Below are positions 1 to 9,411 of a DNA stretch of 64,000 bases, piece by piece. Position numbers and translations under genes: made by a program. Location: positions 192,001 through 256,000 of the forward strand of contig JBILLK010000010.1 in assembly GCA_044376115.1 (NCBI GenBank), read 5' to 3'. Under the pieces are notes generated by a model. The model saw nothing but the letters and a program-made list of their open reading frames with translations. It was not told the origin of the DNA and did not search any database. The stretch's first letter is position 1. Each line of letters opens with the position of its first letter. Source of the stretch: Polyangiaceae bacterium (GTDB taxonomy: Bacteria; Myxococcota_A; Polyangia; Polyangiales; Polyangiaceae).

Positions 1-1572
1 ACCTTCTCCATCGGCTTCGGCCCAAAGATCATTCGGATTCGCGGACGGGAGACCGAATACTGCATCGGCATTCTGCCGCTCGGCGGCTTCGTCAAAATGC
101 TCGAGGAGACACGCCAGGAGCGTGTTCTGCCTGAGGATCGCGGGCGCACCTTTGAAGCGCAACCGATCTACAAGCGAGCCATCATCGTGCTGGCTGGGCC
201 GGCGATGAACATGCTGTTCCCCATCCTACTCTACTTCGGCGTGTTGGTCGGAGAGAAGGAAGGTACCGCACCAACCATCGGCTTCGTAGCGCCAGGCCAC
301 CCCGCCGACGGCAAGCTCTTTCCCGGGGATCGCATCCTCGAGGTGGACGCCGAGCCGATCTACACCTTCGAGGAGCTGCGGCGCGCGATCCAAAAGAGCC
401 CCGGCCGAGATCTGAAGCTCGGCGTGTTTCGCGGACGTGAACGAGTGGAGGTCGTGGTCACGCCCGAAGAGCGCATCATCCAGCGCCCGCTCGAGCTGGT
501 CGACATCGTGGGTGAGATCGGCGTCGCCCCCAATCAACCCGCCGCTGTCGTCGGCGTCCCACGCACCGACTCCCCCGCTTACCGCGCCGGTCTTCGTACG
601 TTCGACGTCGTAATCGAAGTGCGCGGCAAACCGGTTCGCTCCTACGCGGACCTGGACGCAGCGCTCTCCGACAATCACGGTGAGACCATCCCCGTCGGCT
701 ATCTGCGTCCCACGCGCGTTCCCGACGCGCTCGGCAAAATGGCGGAGCTGTCGGTGTTCGAGTCCGGCGTAGCAGCCCTCACGCCTGATGTTGCGACTGG
801 CACCACCTTGCAAAAGACCGGCATCGAGAGCGCCGATCTCTACGTCTATGCCGTCCCCGAGGGCTCGGCCGAGTACAAGGCCGACATCCGTCCGGGGGAT
901 CGCATCGTCGCCGTCGACAACACCGAGGTGCCCGGCTGGGTCACCTTCGAGGAGCTCCTGTTTCGCAATCCGGATCGCCAACACACCGTGACCTTCGAAC
1001 GACAAGGCACACGCAAGACCGGCGTGATCAAGCTGCGTGAGGAGCTCTACATCGACGACTACGGCCAAGAGCGGCCGCGCTATTCGCTGCGTGCGCGCAA
1101 TTGGTCGCCGATCGTTTCGGAGCCCGAGGTCGAGAGCCCGCGCGCGATCCAATCGGCGTTCGTAAGGGCTTGTGAAGAGAGCTACGACGTCGCGCGCTTC
1201 ATCGTGGTCGGCATCGTTCGCATCTCGGAGGGGAAGGTCAGCCTCTCTACGCTAGGTGGTCCGATCACGGTGTACGACGTGGTTGGCCAAGAGCGAAAGA
1301 AGGGCGTCAGCTACTTCGTTTGGGCGATGGCGGTGATCTCGATCAACCTGGGCTTGATCAACCTGCTACCGGTGCCGGTGTTGGACGGCGGGCACTTATT
1401 GTTCTTCCTATTCGAGGCGCTGCTACGCAGGCCGCTCCCGCTGCGCGTGCGAGAGATCGCCAGTCTGGTGGGCATGCTGATGTTGATCGCGCTCATGGGT
1501 GTGGCCTTCCGAAATGACCTCGAGCGAAGACGTGACGTGATCCAAGGGCAGGTCGAGGAGCTGACGCGGTGA
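1..1572 (+). CDS. rseP: RIP zinc metalloprotease RseP (M50), 5'-truncated by window edge; about three PDZ domains
   Basis: Frame is open from base 1 (TFSIGFGPKI...EYCIGILPLGGFVKM). Also LAGPAMN, repeated PDZ signatures (PGDRILEVD, TFDVVIEV, PGDRIVAVD) and C-terminal NLLPVPVLDGG. The HEXXH motif would lie upstream of the window. Confidence 0.93.
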   Translation, partial: TFSIGFGPKIIRIRGRETEYCIGILPLGGFVKMLEETRQERVLPEDRGRTFEAQPIYKRAIIVLAGPAMNMLFPILLYFGVLVGEKEGTAPTIGFVAPGHPADGKLFPGDRILEVDAEPIYTFEELRRAIQKSPGRDLKLGVFRGRERVEVVVTPEERIIQRPLELVDIVGEIGVAPNQPAAVVGVPRTDSPAYRAGLRTFDVVIEVRGKPVRSYADLDAALSDNHGETIPVGYLRPTRVPDALGKMAELSVFESGVAALTPDVATGTTLQKTGIESADLYVYAVPEGSAEYKADIRPGDRIVAVDNTEVPGWVTFEELLFRNPDRQHTVTFERQGTRKTGVIKLREELYIDDYGQERPRYSLRARNWSPIVSEPEVESPRAIQSAFVRACEESYDVARFIVVGIVRISEGKVSLSTLGGPITVYDVVGQERKKGVSYFVWAMAVISINLGLINLLPVPVLDGGHLLFFLFEALLRRPLPLRVREIASLVGMLMLIALMGVAFRNDLERRRDVIQGQVEELTR

Positions 1573-2921
1573 GTGAAGCCAATGCAAGCAACGGTGGGCG
1601 TGCAATCGCAGCCCGCGTACTCACCCGCGTCTGGGAAGATCGAGCGCACGCCGCGGCCGTGCTCGATGCCGAGATTCAACGCGCCGGCGAGCGTGACGTG
1701 CGCGAAGCTGGGCTCGCCACCGAGCTCACCTACGGCGTGCTGCGTATGCAGGGCTACCTCGAGGAAACCGGCCGAAGTCTTTCGTCGCGCGGCACCCTGA
1801 TCGACCACTACGAGGCCCGCGCGCACCTGCTGATCGCCCTCTACTCCATCTCCTTCTTGGATCGGATTCCGGTGTTTGCGGCGGTGTCCGAGGGTGTAGC
1901 GGGCATCAAGCGATTGATCGGCGAGAAGCCCGCCAACTTCGCGAACGCGATCCTGCGAGCCCATGCCCTCACCATCGAGAAGAAGGGCCGGCCCGATCCG
2001 AAGAAGACCATTCTCGAGAGCACGCCGAGCTGGCTAAAGGGCGCACTGCGAGGCTCGCTTGGCCGCCGTGAAGCGCTCGATTTTTTGACCGCCGGTGCCG
2101 AGAGTCCGCCGCTCCACTTGGCGGTCGCCGACGCCAAAGAACGGGAGGCGATCCTCGCGCGGCTGCGTGCGTACTCCGACGAGAGCGGAGAGCCGCCCGA
2201 GCAGCAGCACTTTGAGCCCACTCGCTTTTCACCCCACGGCATCATTGCGCGCGCTGTGGCGCACCCGCGCAGTCTGCCCGGCTTCGAGCGAGAGTGGATC
2301 GTGCAAGAGGAGGGCGCCCAACTGGTTGCCCTTGCGCTCGGTGCCCAGCCTGGGGACGCGGTGCTCGACGCATGCGCTGGTCGAGGCAACAAATCCTGGT
2401 TGCTATCACAGCAAGTTGGTCCGAGCGGCAAAGTCACGTTGGTCGACAAGTACCCCGCGAAGCTCGCCGCCTTCATCGCGCGAGGAGAAGCGAAGTCACA
2501 ACTCGCAACGCATGCATTGGACCTCACCGTCGGCATCGGAGAGCTCACCCGCGAGAGCTTTGACCGTGTCCTCGTTGATGCACCATGCAGCGGGATCGGC
2601 ACGTTGCGCAGGCGTCCCGAGATCGGGCTGCATCGCGAAGAGGCCGACTTGGCGGAGCTCGCGGCGTTGCAACTCGCGATCACCCAGCGAGCCAGTGGAC
2701 TGTTGCGCCCGGGAGGAACGCTGGTCTACGCCGTTTGCAGCGTGCTCAAAGCCGAGTGTGAAGACGTACTCGCACGACTGCTTGAAACGGAGCCGCTCGA
2801 GCCGCTCCCGCTCAAAGGCACCCTGCCGGAAGAGCTCGTTGCCGAGAACCACACACTTCGGCTGTTACCGAATAAACATGGTACCGACGGATTTTTCCTA
2901 GCTGCATTCCGCCGCCGTTAA
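1569..2921 (+). CDS. rsmB: 16S rRNA m5C methyltransferase RsmB/Sun (NusB-like N-terminus + NOL1/NOP2 domain)
   Basis: ELTYGVLR, AVSEGV and FANAILR in the NusB-like part; VQEEGAQL, LDACAGRGNKS, DRVLVDAPCSGIG, LVYAVCS and TDGFF in the methyltransferase; GTGA overlap with rseP. Confidence 0.9.
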   Translation: MSEANASNGGRAIAARVLTRVWEDRAHAAAVLDAEIQRAGERDVREAGLATELTYGVLRMQGYLEETGRSLSSRGTLIDHYEARAHLLIALYSISFLDRIPVFAAVSEGVAGIKRLIGEKPANFANAILRAHALTIEKKGRPDPKKTILESTPSWLKGALRGSLGRREALDFLTAGAESPPLHLAVADAKEREAILARLRAYSDESGEPPEQQHFEPTRFSPHGIIARAVAHPRSLPGFEREWIVQEEGAQLVALALGAQPGDAVLDACAGRGNKSWLLSQQVGPSGKVTLVDKYPAKLAAFIARGEAKSQLATHALDLTVGIGELTRESFDRVLVDAPCSGIGTLRRRPEIGLHREEADLAELAALQLAITQRASGLLRPGGTLVYAVCSVLKAECEDVLARLLETEPLEPLPLKGTLPEELVAENHTLRLLPNKHGTDGFFLAAFRRR

Positions 2922-3060
2922 TGCGCTATCCAAACAGCGCTGTGTGACTGAGATCATTGCGGGAACTTCGCGCGAAGGGGCTCGAGGCAGGCGGCTCGTT
3001 GGGCACGGGCTGGATCATCGTTGGCCCTCGTCAAGCAGCCACAGTGTGGCGCGCAGCCAC

Positions 3061-3120
3061 ACACACAAATAATTGATTTTATTAAGTATACCGATCTACT
3101 GACCGCTAGTTAGTCTAACG
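3061..3120 (+). promoter_or_regulatory. AT-rich promoter/operator region upstream of the hydrolase operon
   Basis: AATAATTGATTTTATTAAGTATA stands out in high-GC surroundings. Inverted AATAA-N6-TTATT, imperfect palindrome ACTGACCGCTAGTTAGT, and GGAGG RBS at about 3124-3128. Confidence 0.4.
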
Positions 3121-3135
3121 ACTGGAGGTCGGCCG

Positions 3136-3945
3136 ATGAAGTTAACGAGACTGATGCTTGCGCTGGTGTTTGCTGGATGCATTCCACAGGAGCCGCTCGA
3201 GTCTTCCGAGGGCGAGTCCGATAGCGAAGAACTCCAAGGCGCTCGCCCGCGGTTCATCCACGTTGGCGGAATCTGTTCGACGGATTGGACCACCGGCAAG
3301 AAGACCGGCGTCCCGCTAGGGCAGTGGTCCGATGTCGACAGCATCGACGCCAAGATCGATCAGCGCTCGAGCATGGCGCAGGCGGTCTTCGATCTGAAGA
3401 GCGAGCTCGATCGCTCCTGCACCGATGAGAACTGGTGCTACCTGCACGGCTACTCCAACGGCGCTGCCGTGATCTCCAAGACGCTCTCAACCTATGAGGA
3501 AGAGCGCTGGAATATCTTGTGGGTGCTGACCACCGCGAGCAACGAAGGCGGCAGTGAACTATCCGGCGGCTCGCTCTCGCAACTCGGCGACACCTTGGGC
3601 CTAAGCTGCGGACTAGCAGCGAAGATCAGCCCGACCGATCACCGCTCCGCTTGGAATCACGACGATACCAACGGCGCGATCTTCTACAGCATCGGTGGCT
3701 ATAACGAGTGGTGGTACACGGGTAGCGTCCCCGACTTCTTCAACAACGACGCCAACGATGGCGCTGTAGCGGCCCATTCGAGCGCGGGCCTAAACGATAC
3801 GTACAGCGTGCCGGATGCAGACCCTTGGATGTGCTTCGATCCGAAGCAACACTTCGCCAATCACCAAGGGGCTTTTGAATGCGCTGGCTATGACGCCGAT
3901 CATTTCCAGATGGCTTCACAAGGGATCGAGGTGTTGGGCGGATGA
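3136..3945 (+). CDS. Secreted lipoprotein, alpha/beta-hydrolase (lipase/esterase-like)
   Basis: Lipobox VFAGC; FIHVGG oxyanion-type strand; nucleophile elbow HGYSNG; NDGAV (Asp) and DADHF (His) complete a plausible catalytic triad. Confidence 0.65.
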   Translation: MKLTRLMLALVFAGCIPQEPLESSEGESDSEELQGARPRFIHVGGICSTDWTTGKKTGVPLGQWSDVDSIDAKIDQRSSMAQAVFDLKSELDRSCTDENWCYLHGYSNGAAVISKTLSTYEEERWNILWVLTTASNEGGSELSGGSLSQLGDTLGLSCGLAAKISPTDHRSAWNHDDTNGAIFYSIGGYNEWWYTGSVPDFFNNDANDGAVAAHSSAGLNDTYSVPDADPWMCFDPKQHFANHQGAFECAGYDADHFQMASQGIEVLGG

Positions 3946-5099
3946 AAGCGGGGCCCAGCTCAAAGGCCCGCCTCGCTGTCGGTTGCGCGCTTGCGCTGAT
4001 TCTATTGCTGGTGGTGCAAGCGCGAGGGCGGCAAGCTTCGCTAAGCTCAAGAGCCGCGCGTGCAGCGACCGTCGCGCCGACGGTAAAGCCGCCGCTGCAC
4101 CGCGCAACACAACGCGAGGGACTCGCCAATGGGGCCAACGTCGCGCTCGACGAACGCACTGACAATGGCTCGTCTGCGCCACAAGCCGATGCAGCAACCA
4201 TCGACTACGAACGAAGCTCGGTCTACCCGCCAAGCTCGAGGCCGCTGCGCGAAACCGACCGCTCGCTCATTGATTGGAACGCTCGCTACGAAATGCCTCG
4301 CCCGGTTCTCGGGGATCCCCAGCTCCGTGTGCTCTTTACGGCCGACCGCGCGCTGGTCATTGGGGAAGAGCCGCTCAACCTCAGGTTCGTCGCCTACGGT
4401 GCAGAACTTAGCGGCCTCGAAGTGAGCGCTGCCCCCATCAACAACAGCGTCGCGCCCATCTCCGTCGCGATGCAGCCGAAGCACGGCGAGTTTGTCGGCC
4501 AGTTCGCCCCGGCCGCGCTCGCGCTGACGTCGCCCAACCACGTCCGATTCACGGCGCGCTACAAAACCAGCACCGGCGTCACCGATGACGTCCTCATCCA
4601 CGCCGAGGTCCACCCGTCGGCCACCCTGCCGGCAGCCTTCACTGGCCGCTTTCGCGAGCAGGTCGAAGCTGGGTCGCTCGCGATCTACGCCGAGGTCAAC
4701 GTTGCTCGCGAAGGCTACTACCTCGTTGACGCTAACCTCTATTCCAACGCCAGCCCCGTCGCGTGGACGCGCTTCAAAGGCACTTTACCGAGCGGTCTGA
4801 CAGAGGTGCGCTTGGCCTTCTTTGGCAAGGTGCTACGCGACCACGCGGCCGCTGATCCATCGTCGCGCACCCTCGGGCCCTACGAGTTAGGCCAGCTGCG
4901 AGGTGCGTTGCTTGCTCCGGAGAGTGATCCAGAGCTATTGCGGTTGGCCCCTGCAGAGGCACCCTTCACGACGAAGAGCTACGAGCTCGACGAGCTTTCC
5001 GATGCTGCATTCGACAGCAGCTTCAAGCAGGCCAAGCTCGCAAAACTGCGCGAACTTGCGCTAAATGGCACAGGGCCGACGATCTCTCGTCAGCCCTGA
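3942..5099 (+). CDS. Membrane-anchored/secreted beta-rich hypothetical protein, translationally coupled to the hydrolase
   Basis: ATGA overlap; N-terminal hydrophobic anchor, low-complexity linker, then YPPSSRPL and GYYLVDANL...LAFFGKVLRD...GPYEL segments. Confidence 0.7.
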   Translation: MKAGPSSKARLAVGCALALILLLVVQARGRQASLSSRAARAATVAPTVKPPLHRATQREGLANGANVALDERTDNGSSAPQADAATIDYERSSVYPPSSRPLRETDRSLIDWNARYEMPRPVLGDPQLRVLFTADRALVIGEEPLNLRFVAYGAELSGLEVSAAPINNSVAPISVAMQPKHGEFVGQFAPAALALTSPNHVRFTARYKTSTGVTDDVLIHAEVHPSATLPAAFTGRFREQVEAGSLAIYAEVNVAREGYYLVDANLYSNASPVAWTRFKGTLPSGLTEVRLAFFGKVLRDHAAADPSSRTLGPYELGQLRGALLAPESDPELLRLAPAEAPFTTKSYELDELSDAAFDSSFKQAKLAKLRELALNGTGPTISRQP

Positions 5100-5122
5100 G
5101 CTTCGACCTCGAAGTCGCGCCT

Positions 5123-6373
5123 TTATTGCGGGATAGGCGTGGTCCCGACGCTCACCGTACCGCCGTTGGCGATCCACTCGAAGTTATCAATCAGCGTGGT
5201 TGAGTCGAGGGCGGTGTCCCCGGTATCCCAGGTTGCAAAGCGGATGGAGAAGGTCTCCCCGCCAGTGATTGGCGCTTGCGTCTGAAGCCAGCTGGTCGCG
5301 CCTTCGCCGTCGCCGAAGCCGGTGCCTTGTAGTTCGGTGACGCCCGCTGGGCAGCCTTGACAGACGTCGAAGAAAGCGACGTTGACGCTGACCGGGTTGT
5401 TCTGCGAGTCAAACGAGATATTGCCGTTCACCGAGCCCTGAGGCGGCGGATTGACCAGCGCAATGAACTGGTCATTGAAGGTGGTGCAAACCCACTCGGG
5501 GTACTCGAAGGAGTAGAACTTGAAGCCGAACTTGTAGCCCGTCGCGTTGGTTGGTGCTCGCAAGACGAGGTCCAGAGCGACGTCATCATTGATGTTCGCC
5601 CCCCCCTGACAACCGTTTACGTTTTGCGGGAAGCCGGGCGGTGGAGTCCCCGGGCCGTTGTAGGTGCATGAGGAACCAATGCAAGCGCCCGGATCCGATG
5701 CGTCTCGCGCAGCGCCCGACGAAATGGCCAACAGGCGTGAGCCGGCCTGATTGAAGACGTTGGTGCCGAAGCCATCGAGCAGGCCCATATGACCGTTGAC
5801 CGTGGCTGGGTTGCCGTTCGCCCGAACCCACTGCGCGCTAACCACACCCCAGTCCTGAGGGCCGCTCGCCTGCTTGCATAGCTCGATCGCGCGTGCACCA
5901 TCGAGCGCGTTCGTTCCGGCGATGTCCAACCCGTCGTCGCAGGCGCCGGCCACGTTGTCTGCCTCGCCGTCGCAGTCTTCATCGGCGGGGACGTAACCGC
6001 CTGCGCCGCCGGAGCCGTCATCCATCCCGATGACTTCAATCGCCCCCGGGTTCACGTTCTTATCGCAATCGTTACAATCACCCGCGTTGACAGAAAAGCC
6101 GTCCGCGTCCTTGTCTTCATCTGGACCCGAGTCACAGCCGTTCGGCGTGGGGCTGCCACCCGTGCCCATGAACACGCCCGCGGAACCGCCGCCGCCAGTG
6201 CCCGGGCCTTGCGCCCCAGCGCTCGTGGTGCTGGTTGGTCCTTGGCCCGCTCCACCGCCACCGTCTTCATTCGACGTTGCTCCGGTGCTGGTGCTTCCAC
6301 CCGCCGAACAGGCTCCCGCGGCGCCAACAAGAATAAGCGTTAACAGCGAATGACTAAGTTTGCTCGTGTGCAT
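5123..6373 (-). CDS. Lipoprotein with Cys/Asp-rich putative metal-binding repeat and C-terminal choice-of-anchor L-like domain
   Basis: Lipobox AAGAC and Gly-rich linker; DKDADGF...DCNDCDKNVNPGAIE...DEDCDG repeat; FYSFEYPEWVCTTFNDQF, ISFDSQNNPVSVN and WDTGDTALDST. ATG at 6373 preferred over the ORF-track start. Confidence 0.75.
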   Translation of the reverse strand: MHTSKLSHSLLTLILVGAAGACSAGGSTSTGATSNEDGGGGAGQGPTSTTSAGAQGPGTGGGGSAGVFMGTGGSPTPNGCDSGPDEDKDADGFSVNAGDCNDCDKNVNPGAIEVIGMDDGSGGAGGYVPADEDCDGEADNVAGACDDGLDIAGTNALDGARAIELCKQASGPQDWGVVSAQWVRANGNPATVNGHMGLLDGFGTNVFNQAGSRLLAISSGAARDASDPGACIGSSCTYNGPGTPPPGFPQNVNGCQGGANINDDVALDLVLRAPTNATGYKFGFKFYSFEYPEWVCTTFNDQFIALVNPPPQGSVNGNISFDSQNNPVSVNVAFFDVCQGCPAGVTELQGTGFGDGEGATSWLQTQAPITGGETFSIRFATWDTGDTALDSTTLIDNFEWIANGGTVSVGTTPIPQ

Positions 6374-6667
6374 CTCGGAAAGGCTATCGCGAAAAACCAA
6401 GGACACGAAGAGTGAAACTGCGCTGGGCGCTGCCAGGTTCCGGCCGGTGACGCACGATGGCAGCTGCAGGTTCAGCTCCGCTTTTAGCGAATCTCACTCG
6501 CTGCTCGTGCGATCTCGGCCGCTGCGACCCAATTTGCCGGGGCCGCCTTCGCGGAAGAACGCCTTGGCATGCTCTCGCAGCGAGCTACGTGCTTGCGAGC
6601 TTCTATCGTGAGGCGTTTTAGTTATCTATCGAGTGAACAGAGGAACTCTTCACCTGGTATTGACCGA

Positions 6668-7162
6668 CTAGTTCTCTGGCGGCGTGACAGCGGCGTTGAC
6701 CTCGGACAGGATCTGCTCGGCCTCGTCTTGGTCCAAGTCGAGCGAGGAGATCAAATCGAGATCGAACTCGAATTCGCGGTCGGCAGCGTCGAGGTCCGAC
6801 ATCGCCATCAAACAGGCAACGCGGTAAGCCGCCTTTCGGGCCTCCAAGTCTCCTCCCAACTTGTGAACGGCGGCGTGCAATCGGGCCATGACCTCATCCT
6901 GGCCGCCATTCACGTGCAGCTTGTCAAGCCAATCTCGCAGGTCATCATCCTCGAGGTCCTTTCGCTCTCCAGGCGCGGCGCGCCCCGCCTCGCTCACCAT
7001 CACTGCCGCGATCACGCTGAAGGCATCGAGTTCTTCGTCTCGCAGCTCACCATCGACCGCCATCGTCAGGTAGGCGATCTCAATGATGGCGCGGCCCACC
7101 TCGTTGGTGAACTTGGGCAAGGACGTGAGCGCACGGTCTACCGCGAGACGAAAGAGAGTCAT
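6668..7162 (-). CDS. TerB-like (tellurite-resistance-like) domain protein
   Basis: IAYLTMAVDGELRDEELDAF and AMSDLDAADREF metal-binding-type motifs of the TerB fold. Confidence 0.7.
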   Translation of the reverse strand: MTLFRLAVDRALTSLPKFTNEVGRAIIEIAYLTMAVDGELRDEELDAFSVIAAVMVSEAGRAAPGERKDLEDDDLRDWLDKLHVNGGQDEVMARLHAAVHKLGGDLEARKAAYRVACLMAMSDLDAADREFEFDLDLISSLDLDQDEAEQILSEVNAAVTPPEN

Positions 7163-7262
7163 TGCCGGGCATGGTACTCCAGGATCGACCACTGCCAAGC
7201 GCGAAGGACCAAAGCTGCGCAGCCCCGTTGCCACCGCCGGTTGGCAGGCCTAGGTGAGAACG

Positions 7263-7844
7263 ATGTTGGAGCTTCTGCGAACAGCCCTGCGCCCGACGCT
7301 GAGCTTGCCGGAGCAACCCGAGCACGAGCGAGCGGCTGCAGTGGCGGCAATTTTTCGCAAACGCGCGGACGTTACGGAGGTCCTTCTGATCGAACGTGCC
7401 GAACGTGAGGGAGACCCCTGGTCGGGCCACATGGCGCTACCGGGCGGCCGTCGCGCCCCAAACGACACGGCCCTGCGCGAAACGGCGATTCGCGAGACTC
7501 TGGAGGAAATTGGGCTCGATCTGCGAGCCGCCGCAGAGTTGATTGGCATCCTTCCCGCGGAGGACGCGACGGGCCGGGGAAGCGCGCAACCGCTGAGTAT
7601 CTTGCCCTTCGCCTTCGAGCTTCTGGGGGACACCGAGCTGCGCCTCAACCACGAGGTCAAAGAGGTGATCTGGACACCGATCGAGCCGCTACTGCGCGGG
7701 GAACGCAGAACGTCGGTCAAGGTCAAGCACGCCGGACAAGACTGGGAACTGCCTGGTTGGCACGTCGAGGGCCGGGTGGTCTGGGGGCTCACCTACAGGA
7801 TGCTCACCACGCTGTTTTTGAGGCTTCCAGTCGAGCGATCGTGA
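7263..7844 (+). CDS. Nudix hydrolase, CoA pyrophosphatase family
   Basis: AAVAAIF, LLIERA, DPWSGHMALPGG, Nudix box TAIRETLEEIG, and VWGLTYRML. Confidence 0.9.
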   Translation: MLELLRTALRPTLSLPEQPEHERAAAVAAIFRKRADVTEVLLIERAEREGDPWSGHMALPGGRRAPNDTALRETAIRETLEEIGLDLRAAAELIGILPAEDATGRGSAQPLSILPFAFELLGDTELRLNHEVKEVIWTPIEPLLRGERRTSVKVKHAGQDWELPGWHVEGRVVWGLTYRMLTTLFLRLPVERS

Positions 7845-7880
7845 CATGACAGCGCCTTCCATCTCGGGCAGACTCCCGCC

Positions 7881-8558
7881 ATGGTGAACAACCGTGAGGC
7901 CCTGGTGGGATTGGTCGGCTCCTTTGCATCGGTGGTCGCTCGCGGGCTCCCAGCGCTGAGAGCTGCGATCAACGGCGCTCGGGTCGGAGCTGGGAAGGCC
8001 TTCAATGCCGCCACGGTCGAGAGCTTAGGCATTGCGGTGATCGCCTCGGATGCATCGCAAAAACTACAAGCGATTGTGCCGGGGCCGCTCGCTGTAGCGG
8101 TTAAGTCAAAAGACGGCCTCGCTTTGAGGGTTACCGCGTTGGGGGGCGTTTCTGCAGGCGTTACGGAGAGCGCCGTCGCGGCCATGAGTCGCGTCCCAGT
8201 CCGTCAAGCCTTGATGGGTGTTGGCAAGGCTACGGCGCAAGGTGCGCTGGCGGGAGCCCTGGTTGACGGCGCACTCGCTGCCTTCCATGCGAGTAAGGCC
8301 GTGAAGGCTGGGGAAATGAGCACTCGCGAGGGCGCAATCTTTACGGCACAGCGAGTTGGTCGAGGGGCCGCCGTTGGCGGAGCCGGCGTGCTTGCGGCGG
8401 GCGCGGCCTCAGCGGCGGTGGCAGCCAGTGGACTCGCAGTCATGGGCGCGCCAGTCGTAGTGCCGCTCGTGACGATGGTCGCGGTAGGCACGGTGGTTGG
8501 ACGGCAGATCGACAAGCTGCTGACCAGCCCGGAGCGGTCGTTACCAGGCCGCTCATGA
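7881..8558 (+). CDS. Ala/Gly-rich hydrophobic hypothetical protein (glycine-zipper-like C-terminus)
   Basis: 225-aa ORF with a long GxxxG/AxxxA hydrophobic C-terminal stretch; ATGA overlap with suhB. Confidence 0.6.
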   Translation: MVNNREALVGLVGSFASVVARGLPALRAAINGARVGAGKAFNAATVESLGIAVIASDASQKLQAIVPGPLAVAVKSKDGLALRVTALGGVSAGVTESAVAAMSRVPVRQALMGVGKATAQGALAGALVDGALAAFHASKAVKAGEMSTREGAIFTAQRVGRGAAVGGAGVLAAGAASAAVAASGLAVMGAPVVVPLVTMVAVGTVVGRQIDKLLTSPERSLPGRS

Positions 8559-9367
8559 GCGAGCTGCCCGCGCTCTCCCAGGAGCTGCTAGCCGTGGCGC
8601 GGCTCGCCTCGGCGCTCATCATGCAGGGCTATCGCAAGCGCCCCGAGGCCGCAAAAAAAGAGCCGCGTGACCTCGTGACCGAGTTCGACCTGCGCAGCCA
8701 AGAATTGATCGTTAGCGAACTTGGCCGGCGGCTTCCGGGCGTGGCCATTGTCGCCGAGGAGGGCACAGCTCCCGGCGAGCCCGTGACGGGTACGGCATTG
8801 ATTGTCGATCCCATCGACGGCACCACCAATTTCGCGCACGGTCACCCCTTCTTTGCCGTATCAATCGGACTATTTCGGGACGGTTTGCCGAGCGCAGGCG
8901 CGGTGGTCGCCCCAGCCATCGGGATCGAGTGGGCAGGCCATTACGACGGCTGCCGTGGTTCACTAATGCGCAATGGGGAACCGGCGGCCGTCAGTGCTAC
9001 CACACGCTTCGACGAGGCACTGATCGCCACCGGCTTCCCCCCAAATCGTGAGCACGCGCCGGAGAACAACTTCGACTCATTCCAACGGGTAAAGCGCACA
9101 GCACGCGCAGTACGGCGCTGCGGATCTGCCGCTATCGACATTTGCTTCGTCGCCGACGGAACCTACGACGGCTACTGGGAACGTAGACTCCATATCTGGG
9201 ACATCGCAGCAGGAGCTGCGTTCGTGTTCGCAGGCGGAGGTCGCATTAGCTCCTTGGACGGCGGGCCACCACGCTATGAGCGCGGGCACCTAATCGCGAC
9301 CAACGGACACATTCACCAAGAATTGGTCAAGCAAGTAGGCTCAGAGCCAAGCCAGCCCAACTCCTAA
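8555..9367 (+). CDS. suhB: Inositol monophosphatase family protein
   Basis: DLVTEFD, AEE, IVDPIDGTTNFAHG, RRCGSAAID, WDIAAG. Confidence 0.92.
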   Translation: MSELPALSQELLAVARLASALIMQGYRKRPEAAKKEPRDLVTEFDLRSQELIVSELGRRLPGVAIVAEEGTAPGEPVTGTALIVDPIDGTTNFAHGHPFFAVSIGLFRDGLPSAGAVVAPAIGIEWAGHYDGCRGSLMRNGEPAAVSATTRFDEALIATGFPPNREHAPENNFDSFQRVKRTARAVRRCGSAAIDICFVADGTYDGYWERRLHIWDIAAGAAFVFAGGGRISSLDGGPPRYERGHLIATNGHIHQELVKQVGSEPSQPNS

Positions 9368-9411
9368 TGCTGTGTCGTCGCGAGAGTGGGGCTGGTAGCC
9401 TCGCGCTCGAG

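Noticed and set aside
1..1572. RseP as a dedicated site-2 protease of the ECF/anti-sigma system
   Set aside because: It is more than 40 kb away and in a housekeeping context with rsmB; there is no evidence of a specific link.
6668..7162. A tellurite-resistance or anti-phage ter operon
   Set aside because: Single TerB-like gene with no other ter genes.
6569..7408. 279-aa plus-strand ORF
   Set aside because: Antisense to the TerB-like gene and overlapping the Nudix gene; no motif support.
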